64,000 bases of DNA from contig CM120645.1 in the NCBI GenBank assembly GCA_051362555.1, positions 21,452,001 through 21,516,000 of the forward strand, given 5' to 3'. The notes below the pieces were generated by a model. That model was not told where the DNA came from, did not search any database, and saw only the letters and a list, made by a program, of their open reading frames with translations. The position numbers were made by a program, and so were the translations under genes. Every line of letters begins with the position of its first letter. Within the stretch, counting starts at the first letter, position 1. Below are positions 54,117 through 64,000 of this stretch, in pieces. This DNA is from Lingula anatina (Eukaryota > Animalia > Brachiopoda).

Positions 54117-54676
54117 CCTAGATTCCTGATCTTGAGCTAATAAATCTTATATACTTCTTGGGATGGATAAGATATTTTTCCCTGAAACAACAATTTGTGA
54201 TAATGACCCCAGATGAAGGCTTCCTCATATCCAAATTGCCTTATTAGTACATAACTGAAACACTTAAATTGTCCGATAACTTAAAAATGAAAAAATGTGT
54301 ACGCCTAAGAATCTACTCTGAAACCATGGGTGGTAAGCACATACATCTGAGTAACAATATAGAGTTTTCACTAATCAGTGACATAGTACTAACAGGCAGT
54401 TAAATAAACTCTTATATCATCTTATCTTATAATATAGAATTACAGGGACGTGCACTAGTTTGCATCCACTGCCCGCGTGCAAACAAACACGTGCACAAAT
54501 ACACACACATATATATATATATACATGTATAATTAAAAGAAAGAGTAAATTAGTATTCAAATTGCATTGCATTTCATGATCAGTGGATGGATTTCAGTTG
54601 ACATAATCGATCTGGATTGCATGCGGTTATTATCTTAATTAAATTATACTTAATGTTTCCATTAACAAAAGACTGG

Positions 54677-54938
54677 GTTCCCATGACTAGATAGATCCAT
54701 CTGGATCTATCTAACTCACTGGGGAGTCTCACTTAATTGCTATCAACTAACCGGCTTAAATGTCTGTCATGCCTACTGAATAAGCTAGGGGGTAAGGATA
54801 ATTACCCCCTGCTAGGTGGTAAAGATAATTACCCCCTAACAGCTTTACTAGGCGTGACAGACATTTAAGCTGGACAAGTTAACAGCAATTTAGTGAGACT
54901 CCCCAGGGAGATAGAGCGATCCAAATATCTGTGGGAAT
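54677..54938. mobile_element. Palindromic MITE
   Basis: ttccca...ctggggagtctcact...cttaaatgtctgtcatgccta mirrored by taggcgtgacagacatttaag...agtgagactccccag...tgggaa. A related copy lies at 57546-57747. Confidence 0.7.
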
Positions 54939-55131
54939 GGTCCCTAATATGTGAATTTGAAGTACGGGAGTTTCCATTATTATATAACCAAACTAGGCTG
55001 AGAAAATGCTATATGCGTCTGTCTGTGTGAGAAAGTGAAAGAGAAAAGCTTCCCCCTGAAAATCCTATTCACCTACCTCTGCATCTAGCAACAATACTAA
55101 TCATGTCCTATGTATTCTACTATTTTAACCT

Positions 55132-55163
<32 letters not shown>

Positions 55164-55541
55164 ATTACGTGAAAGCTGTGAGATACAGCCTATCCAGTCA
55201 ACAGCATTTCCTGGTTAACTTTCACTTTCGTAGTCTGGCTGGTACAAGTAGAACAGTTTTACTAGGCGTGACAGACATTTAAGCCAGTCAAGTTAACAGC
55301 AATTCAGGGCGATAGATCTATCCAAATATCTGTGGGAATGGTCCCTAATATGGGAATTTGAAGTCCGGGAGTTTCCATTATTATATAACTTAACTAGGGG
55401 CAGTAGGCTGAGAAAATGCTATATGCGTCTGTCTGTGTGAGAAAGTGAAAGAGAAAAGCTTCCCCCTGAAAATCCTATTCACCTACCTCTGCATCTAGCA
55501 ACAATACTCATCATGTCCTATGTATTCTACTATTTTAACCT

Positions 55542-55573
<32 letters not shown>

Positions 55574-56065
55574 ATTACGTGAAAGCTGTGAGATACAGCC
55601 TATCCAGTCAACAGCATTTCCTGGTTAACTTTCACTTTCGTAGTCTGGCTGGTACAAGTAGAACAGTTTTACTAGGCGTGACAGACATTTAAGCCAGTCA
55701 AGTTAACAGCAATTCAGGGAGATAGATCTATCCAAATATCTGTGGGAATGGTCCCTAATATGGGAATTTGAAGTCCGGGAGTTTCCATTATTATATAACT
55801 TAACTAGGGGCAGTAGGCTGAGAAAATGCTATATGCGTCTGTCTGTGTGAGAAAGTGAAAGAGAAAAGCTTTTCCCTGAATATATCCTATTATCCTACCT
55901 CTGCATCCTACTACAATACTTATCATGTCCTGTGTATTCTACTATTTTAACCTGAGAGAGAGATAGAGAGAGAGAGACTTACGTGAAAGACGTGAGAAAC
56001 AGCCTATCGAGTCAACGGCATTTCCTGGTTAACTTTCGCTTTCGTAGTCTGGCTGGTACGAGTAG
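54841..56065 (-). repeat. Three ~410-bp tandem copies of the first-exon/regulatory module of copy C
   Basis: Units offset by ~410 bp (e.g. gaaagtgaaa at 55031, 55441, 55851). Each has GGGAGTTTCC, (GA)n, a donor-like site and ACTTTC(A/G)CTTTC. Confidence 0.85.
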
Positions 56066-56295
56066 CTTTCATCCATATCCCACTGTGTCAGTTTTCCCCC
56101 CTTCCACGTGCGATATTATGGAATATTTCTTCCCTCTGCAATAAACGTCTAGCTTTCTGCGTGGCAGTTCTAACAAAGAGTTGGTAAATACAGCACAAAG
56201 AGCACTATTCTGTAAGAGACGCCCTCCGTAAAATACATCCGTTTTACAGGATTGGGCCACTTACGCTCTCTAAATAACTGAAACCGAAGGTAACC
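55977..56295 (-). promoter_or_regulatory. Putative promoter / non-coding first exon of ZNFX1 copy C
   Basis: Donor GTAAGT at 55982-55977, GAAAGCGAAAGT (rc 56032-56043) and gaaaccgaag at ~56280. Diverged paralog of 8021-8320. Confidence 0.55.
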
Positions 56296-57177
56296 ATGCC
56301 ATTTAGGAATATGTGTCATCTTCCGCAACCAATACTTCCAAAAGTCCGGAGGGTTAAACTATATTTTTTGTGTTTGGTTAAATTTAAAATCACTTTTTTC
56401 ACTCTCATCCTGATTTAATTTGGTATTATTTTAACTTAGCTCTAATTTTCTCATAATCTGAGCTTTAAAGCCCCCTAAACCCGGTCCTCATTTTCTAATT
56501 ACCCTTCTTTAAAACGATAAAAAATGTTAATTTTTTTCATTAAAATTTGCATATTGAGGGTATTTTTAAAAATCTGACCAAAAATGGACGTCGTTAAAAT
56601 GGTCATTTTACGCCAAATGGGAAGGCCCGTTGTTTCTTTTTAGGTGGAGGGGCAAACCAAACTATCCAAGACAGTGCAAATTCTTGTGAAGTCATAGTTA
56701 AACAAATTTATTTGTCTTCGTTTTGTATACATTTGCATTAATAAATAGCACATACCCGACCTTGTCATATCCGGGTTACACCACGCGTCATACGTACCGT
56801 CTACAATCGATACGATAAGAAATCTGTTCAGATAAAGATGCCTTTTTAACCTGAAAAGGGGACCACCTAATTTATATCTACACCAGGATCACACGTTGAC
56901 TTTTCAAAAGAAATCATAAGATATGTCTCTGACTAATTCAGTGCACTTTTCTACATTGCCGAGCGAGATTTTAGAATTTACGTCATCCCTCAGCTGATCG
57001 CTAGTGAAGAGTAGGCCTACCGAGTTACAAGACAGTATTTGTAGTTTGGTACATTGCTTTGGCAGCCTTATCTCTATTGCCAACAATTAACTTCACAACT
57101 TCCATTAGTTAAATTGTAAAGAAGAATACGTTTGCCAGAATCTTGTCCTTAATAAGTGAGCTTGGGTCAGGAGAGGT

Positions 57178-57208
<31 letters not shown>

Positions 57209-57545
57209 AGAGAGAGCAGGGTTCTAATGAACCAGTCTGAATCAAAATTTGTTCCAGGTTCTGTGTCACTGCTCCAGAAGGATCAACGTAAGGAATAAAA
57301 CGGTCCATCTTTTCAGAAAAAGATATCCCCCTCCTTTCAAATTGTTTGCTACAGGCCTTCGACCTATTTTCATTTGGCAAAAAAGAAAAAAAAATATATA
57401 TGAATAAAATAAAATAACATATGCACCATCAGGTGCAAAAATTCATATGGTCCTTTTTATTTTTTATTTTTTTCATTATTTTCTTCGTGTGCACTACACT
57501 CCTGGTCAGGGATGATGCGAAGAACATATATTATCTTAGGCTCTA

Positions 57546-57747
57546 TTCCCATAGATTTTAGATCGATCTATCCCCGCGGGGAGTCTCACTAGATTACTTT
57601 CAGATAATCCGACTTAAATGTCCGTCCCGCCTACTACAAGCTCTAAGGGGGTAATTAACTTTCGTGTCCGCCCGGCTGATAGCTATTTAGCGTGAACCCC
57701 CAGGGAGTTAGGTCGATCTAAAGTAGATCGATCTAATCTATGGAAAT
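57546..57747. mobile_element. Palindromic MITE (same family as 54677-54938)
   Basis: ttcccatagattttagatcgatcta...ggggagtctcact at left; agatcgatctaatctatggaaa at right. Confidence 0.6.
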
Positions 57748-57914
57748 GGGGTGTTACAGTCAGTACAACCAAAATGATCCTCAAGTCAATCTTTTAAAAA
57801 TGCCAATTTTGGGATTGATAAAATTTATATAAGTGTTACGCTCTTATTGTCTTTAAGTTAATGGGGATGAGCTTGATTTGCTGTTCTCTCTCCAGCTGCT
57901 ATGAGTAAAAACAG

Positions 57915-58662
57915 ACCAGGTTTGATCCTCTGTCAATCCTCATGGTAGTACCAGTGAAATGGGGCCAGTTTGCTCCTCTGTCCTCATGACCACTTTGATC
58001 GCCTGTCCATCCTCGGGATGTTACAAGCAAAAGAACGCAAGTTTGATCCTGTTCATCCTCATTACATTACAAGAGAACAAATTTGATTCCCTGTCCATCC
58101 TCTGGGTGTTACAGGTGAAAGGGACCAGTTTGATCCTAAATCTATCCTCTGGGTGTTACAGGTGAAAGGGACCAGTTTGATCCTACGTCTATCCTCTGGG
58201 TGTTACAGTTGAAAAGGGACCAGTTTGATCCTACAGTTTGATCCTACGTCTATCCTCTGAGTGTTACAGGTGAAAGGGACCAGTTTGATCCTACGTCTAT
58301 CCTCTGGGTGTTACAGGTGAAAAAGGACCAGTTTGATCCTACGTCTATCCTCTGGGTGTTACAGGTGAAAAGGGACCAGTATGATCCTACGTCTATCCTC
58401 TGGGTGTTACAGGTGAAAAGGAACCAGTATGATCCTACGTCTAGTCTCTGGGTGTTACAGGTGAAAGGGAACAGTTTGATCCTACGTCTATCCTCTGGGT
58501 GTTACAGGTGAAAGGGAACAGTTTGATCCTACGTCTATCCTCTGGGTGTTACAGGTGAAAAGGGACCAGTTTGATCCTCTGCCCATCCTTATAAGTTATA
58601 GCATAACCAGTGAAATGGGACAAATTTGAATTTCTGTCCATACTCACACATTACTTAGAGGA
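57915..58662 (-). repeat. 47/48-bp minisatellite derived from the last CENP-K codons
   Basis: Unit on the minus strand: CACCCAGAGGATAGACGTAGGATCAAACTGGTCCCT(T)TTCACCTGTAA. About 10 well-preserved copies at 58090-58590 plus degenerate flanking copies. Confidence 0.9.
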
Positions 58663-60523
58663 TTACAGGTGAAAGGGGACCAGTTTGATCCTGTGTCCAT
58701 CCTCTGGATGTTTTAAAGCAATGCCAGTCCTGAGCAGAAGTTCCAAGTAAGGAGGCCAGTAAGACTGGTCAGTGGTCAGGTAGGGGTCATGTGGACTGTC
58801 CAGCAGTTTGTTCATCAGTTGCTGAAACAGGAAACAGAATAATTAAGTAAGCTTTCATCAATGCCTGCAAACATAAAACCCTATAACACTAATTACTTTT
58901 AATAGGAGCCAAACATGGAGCTCTGTGGCGATATCCCAAAAGTCACTTCTAATGCATTGCAGATTGAGGGCTACCAGCCATTTTTATCGTCATTGTTTTT
59001 TAAATCGTTTTTATGGGTGAATGAAACAAAACTCATGTCCAGGTTCTCCTTGAGTATACTGGCTTAGAGAACATGACTGAGCTTGCCAGTGTCATGGAGA
59101 CTGGTGGGGTTTGGGATTTTTTGCTGTTGCTTAATTAATGCAGTCAATTTGATTGAATGATTGAACTTTCAACAGTTTCTGAAAAAGGAAAGAGATCACC
59201 CTTACAGTGCTGACATCTGCCAGGAGGCAAGTGCTGTTTAAAGGGTAACAGAAACAAAAAATACTGTCACAATATTTGGAGACCTGGATTCAGTTGAATT
59301 TGTTATGGATCCTTTGTGGGGACTTTCGATGCACACTAAAATTGTAAGCTTAGCCCCTTCCCTCTTTCTCATGGGCACATTTATGAAAAAAAGAAATAAA
59401 TAAATAAATTGAAAAAATTAAAAAAAAACAAGATATGTAGTCACTCTGTGCACACACTACTTTTAAGTTAATTTAGTGCTAAAGACACATAATGGCATCC
59501 GAGTTATGTAACATTCAAATTAAAGTGTAAGTAAGAGAGGACCAAGCATAAGTTAGTTAGAGAAAAATACCATGCACCCATAGAAAATTTAAGAATTTTT
59601 TTTTATTATTATTATTTTTTTTTTGGGGGGGGGGGGGGGAAGGGGATCGTACACTGTAAACTTTGAACTGAATTTCTACTTAATAAATCCAATTTAGAGC
59701 AGTTACTTTACCTCTACCATATCTTGCAAGCTGACCACACTGTCACCATTGAGGCTTTCAGAACTGGTGTAGGACTCGTTAGACCTCCGTCCTGTACCTG
59801 GCTGCTGGTGATTCTGCACACAAAATTAAAAATTGTTTTACAAGATAATTAAAAAAATAAAATTAATAAATAAATTAATAAATTATTTAAAATTAAAAAT
59901 ATACACTTTACACAAACCTTCACAATTATTTTCACTACTGTTACGTTCATTTGCCTATTTCAAAAACATTTTTCAAAATACAAGAAAAATTTAAAGAAAG
60001 ATTAATTTATAAACTGGCTATTTCTTTGAGAAAAGAAATGGATGACAGAAGCACCTGTAGCCAATATTTTTTATTTATTGAGGTTCATGAAGACAGACGG
60101 AGGGATAGAACACAATACTTCAGTTCACACCTACCCTTCTCCACTCCTTCATTTGGTTGTACGTTGGTGGCGGGAAGAATTTTGCTATAAAGTCACGCTG
60201 AAAATACAACCTCAACAGTGACTTATCATGCATTTTTTCACAGGTGTTAAACTGATACCAAATTATCTACCAATGTTTTTGAAATACTGTACAATATATT
60301 TCCAGTAAAACATATACTCCAAGACAAAAGAATCTGATTCGGTTAAAATTCAACTGCATTGTCTAGATTAGATGCTCTTTTTTTAAGGATTCTAAAATAT
60401 TATAAAAGAGAACTAATCTTACCATCTCCAACATAAGCTCTCTGTTTTTTTCAATGGCCCTTTTTCTTTTATGTTCCAATTCTTTCAAATAACTGATATA
60501 AAAAATTCCATATGACATTGTCA

Positions 60524-60601
<78 letters not shown>

Positions 60602-62779
60602 ATCAAGTGACTGGCCAGGGTAGACACAGGCAAGTACCACCAATGCTATGGTCAAAACCATGTTTCTTTGCAACATGTTTAATATATCAAAACTAAAGAA
60701 TTAATTTGTTTTGTAACTATTAATTTAATATGTCATCTCTCAAACTACTAAAAGTGAACAAAATCATAATAATGAGCAATGTTACAATCAAAGCAAGGGC
60801 AAGTAAATGAACAATTTTCAAAACAATTTTACTGGCCTGGCTTCAATTAAACTGATATATCTGGTGTATGACCAGTGTTAAGTACATTGACTGGTTGAAT
60901 GTGGACATTTTATCACCTTCTTTCGTTTCCAGGTGTCTCTTGTGCCATGATCTCTTCCACCTTTACCTCCAGGGCAGCTTTTATTTCTCTTTGTTCCTCC
61001 AATCGGGCTTCATCTCTGCACACAATTTTACAAAAATCATTAATATAAAATAATCTTGTTGTGCAAAAATGTTCATTAGCTTGGTAGTTGGATCATAAAT
61101 GATATTATCAAACACAAGCAGAAATACTTTCATACTGTTAGCTTGTGGCAACCTGGGCGAAGGCCAGTGTCTAATGAAGTCTTATGAAGGCCTTCACCCA
61201 GGTTGGCCGCAAGCTAACAGTATGAAAGTATTTTGGCTTATGTTTGATAATTTTATTTATGAATAATCTTGTTTGATTTAAATGTATGGTGTTTTACATT
61301 AACCTAGCTTTAATTGCTACATTACTTCTTCAGCTGTTGAAATGTAAGGCCCCAAAAAAACTGCACAACAAAGACAGACCTCTCAATCTGTTTGAGCATC
61401 TCTGCCTTCTGTCCTGTCACCATGGCTAGGGTGTGTTCTAGCTGGGTGATAGAGGTTGTAAGCTCATCTTTAAGTAAGGTGTGAAGTACCACTGGGTCCT
61501 TAGGGAGAGCTAGAGGGAAAGTCACTAAAATTAATTCATTCATTATGATTTAAAAATTTTTACAACTTGAATTTTATACACAAATGCTAATAACTGAAAT
61601 ATAAAATACAATGAATAAAAAATAAAATACAATGCAAAATCAAATGTGACATGTATATGTCACTGGAACTAAACACAAAATCAGATTAAAAATAAGAGAA
61701 TCTTTGACTCCCAAGAATATCATCTTAGAAAACACATATATAAGACATATATAATTATAAATTTTTTTTTGACTTTTTCCCAGGAAAGCCATTGCGTAAA
61801 GTCTGACCACAATCCACCTCAAATTACTTTCAAATTTAATATTTTTAAAAATGGTTACATAAGGTTGTATAACATACAATGGTGACTCCAGAATTTTGCG
61901 GTGAAGGAGGGGAAGGGGAGAAACCATGTATACAGCAGGGGCCGAGGGCAAATTAAGTATGTCTGGGGTACATGGATAAAAATGCTTGCTTTTTGTTAGT
62001 TTTGTCAGTTCATTTTTGTGGGAAAAGAGGACGACGTCACCACAGATGAGTGCTGGGCGAGGCAAGTGCCCCCCCCCCCCCAAAAAAAAAAAAAAATGCT
62101 GCTGACAATGGGTTAAAGGAAATGTGTTATTTGTTACCTTATCATAAGCCACTATATATATATACTTTCTGTGTAAATCTTACCCTCTGTCTCCTTATTC
62201 TTAAGCACCTCCACTTCAGCTTTTAACCTCTTCTCCTTTGCCTGGTAGATTTTTAACAGTGGATCATCTCTTACAAGCTCATCATGGGGTTTCTTGTGTG
62301 TCTGGATGTCTTCATATAACTGAACAAGATATGGTTATTAGGCATAACTCAAAATTTTAAGCAGTATGAGGGCTTGCAGTTTTATACTGGCCATCAGATT
62401 AGATTTTAGTTGGGGGGTGGTCACCTCATGCCTTGGTTTAAATCCCTCTTATCAAAATAGCACAGTCCAAGGCTGGGTCCATGGAGACATACATTTTGAC
62501 AGCAACCCTTGTAAAAAACTATGAGATCACTTATAATGTTTTATTTGTTTGTTTGAGGTGCAGCTTACATTTTTCATTTTTTTACTACGGTAACACAAGT
62601 ATAAGCTGGGATGAATTTTGGTAGTTAACATAACAAAGAAAAAATCAGGTAGATCCTAAGAGTATCAAGTATAAAATTCCTAGATTTACCTGTGTAATTT
62701 GTGTCCATTTTTCTTCACATTCGGCCTTCAGGGCGGCCACAGCAGCTTGCTTTTTGAGCTGAATGTCTGAACTTGACAT
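58663..62779 (-). CDS. CENPK: Centromere protein K (282 aa, 8 coding exons)
   Basis: Exons 62779-62690, 62319-62184, 61509-61380, 61015-60917, 60492-60423, 60197-60135, 59813-59712 and 58821-58663; all GT-AG and in phase (849 nt). Protein has LKAECEEKW, DFIAKFFPPP, VSLQDMVE-QLMNKLLDSPHDPY...YWPPYLELLLRTGIALKHPEDGHRIKLVPFHL*, closely matching the vertebrate CENP-K C-terminus (PHDPYV...FWPPYVELLLRNGIALRHPED..RIRL..FH). Confidence 0.93.
60525..60586. repeat. (TA)n microsatellite
   Basis: Direct reading. Other SSRs: (GA)n 6229-6260, 11344-11378, 27494-27526; (GT)n 6404-6434, 54076-54114; (CTA)n 63947-63974. Confidence 0.95.
61105..61251. repeat. ~150-bp hairpin/MITE in a CENP-K intron
   Basis: aaatactttcatactgttagcttgtggcaacctgggcgaaggcc is mirrored by ggccttcacccaggttggccgcaagctaacagtatgaaagtattt. 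Confidence 0.75.
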
Positions 62780-63036
62780 TATAATATGACAAGGCCTAGA
62801 AGATTAGAAAAATTGAAAACTTTACACAACAGTTGACTTCAGATAAATACTAATAGTGCCTCTACAAGTGTCTAGTCTACAACTTTAGCTTACTAGTAAC
62901 TGTAAGTGTAAAAGGGCCACGATCAACACAAATATCTGTTGCCTGACATTTATCATTTTTTTCACAGAAACAACTCAATTTTGCATTAATTCACAATTGA
63001 ATGGATATCCCCCATAGAACTTTATGTCAGACTTAC

Positions 63037-63469
63037 CTAAGCTGCGTAATCGCTTTACGATCTCATCAACAGCACGTACATTCGTTTCTTGGATGTTTAC
63101 ATCTGAACTCCGCGCCTAGCCGAGCAGTACGGCTGTTCTATCATGTGCTAAGCTTCCTACGTCATAAAATATTATTTTGACTGCTGTAACAACGTTGGTT
63201 TTGCAGTTGCGTTAATGAATAAACAGTGTACAAAAGAAGTTGATTTGTTAAGCGTTTATTGCTAATTCTTATAGAAAGATAGACTTAAAATGACGATATT
63301 TTAGACTTTATTTAGACTAGAGTAACAGATGTATCCCGAGGACATAACAACCCAAGCTATCAATGAAGCCATCTATTGTCCAATGAACAAGACTTTAACT
63401 GGGGCGATGGGATAATCAACCAATGAAAATCTTTCCCTCACTTGTGCATGGCATTTCTATTGACTGAAG
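63037..63469. promoter_or_regulatory. CENP-K non-coding first exon and putative bidirectional promoter
   Basis: Minus-strand donor TTAG|GTAAGT at 63037/63036 upstream of acceptor 62795; CCAAT boxes at 63380 and 63420; divergent ATG exon at 63470. Confidence 0.55.
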
Positions 63470-63484
63470 ATGGCGTCAGTGGAG
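63470..63484 (+). CDS. Putative first coding micro-exon of an unidentified divergent gene (MASVE)
   Basis: AAGATGGCG start context followed by GAG|GTGAGT consensus donor. No further exon was recognised in the window. Confidence 0.55.
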
Positions 63485-64000
63485 GTGAGTGCGAGTTTTA
63501 AATGTAATTTTCTGAAAAAAATCTGCAAATGTGCAAATAATCGTTACCCTAAATATTCAGAATTTTGCAGACTTATAATATAGATACCGATGCATATCTG
63601 ATCTTAATTTCAACAGAAGACATAAAAAATTAAAGAAAATTTCATTGAATATAACCTGTACGATATCAGCTGTTTCAATGTTTACGTAGCTACTGCCCAT
63701 TGATTGAAAACTTCTAATGACTTTTTGAATCGTGTATTCAACCCAATTTAACTGATAAAATTGTTATTTTTTCTGGGTTCACCCAGCTAGTATGTAAGGA
63801 TTCATATTTTTAAGTTGGAAGATCGTCGAAGTCCAGGTTTCTTTGCTTGTGCAATTTAAAGTAGTGTTACATTGAACATATACACACTACAGTACTTCAT
63901 TATGCATGCACTGCCTGTACCGGTGGGCGGGACTGGTACATGTAACTTACTACTACTACTACTACTACTACTACATTATGAGCTTTCAGTTTTCCTCTCT

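Noticed and set aside
58090-58590. Regular 47/48-bp repeats superficially like a CRISPR array
   Set aside because: No unique spacers, no cas genes and a eukaryotic context; the unit derives from the CENP-K coding end.
63037-63115. Coding use of the CENP-K upstream exon (SSDVNIQETNVRAVDEIVKRLRSL)
   Set aside because: Preceded by an in-frame TAG with no ATG; the ATG at 62779 already gives a full-length CENP-K.

Overview
AT-rich, intron-containing animal (invertebrate-looking) genomic DNA; there is nothing prokaryotic here. The main content is a tandem array of at least three minus-strand ZNFX1-like genes (UPF1-like SF1 RNA helicase plus NF-X1-type zinc fingers) spaced about 19 kb apart. Copy A shows only its 5' part (1-1456), copy B is complete (13067-20512, ~2125 aa by my splice model) and copy C spans 31126 to ~53073. 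Phase-consistent GT-AG splicing adds exons that the ORF track misses: a K/E-rich N-terminal exon (five copies upstream of copy C), a degenerate RZ-type finger lacking the central Cys, a long RGG/RG tail (duplicated exon in copy C) and a 5-nt terminal coding exon. A block conserved upstream of all three copies carries a splice donor and IRF-element-like motifs with kB-like sites nearby, and this block is triplicated in copy C. The right end holds a complete 8-coding-exon CENP-K gene, whose last codons are tandemly amplified in its 3' region, set head-to-head with an unidentified plus-strand gene. Mobile DNA includes two LINEs, a Harbinger-type MITE, a solo LTR, several small MITEs/foldbacks, a Helentron-like macrosatellite and a TA-flanked Tc1-type element carrying a BEN-domain-like ORF. 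All calls come from reading the sequence by eye; no searches were run.
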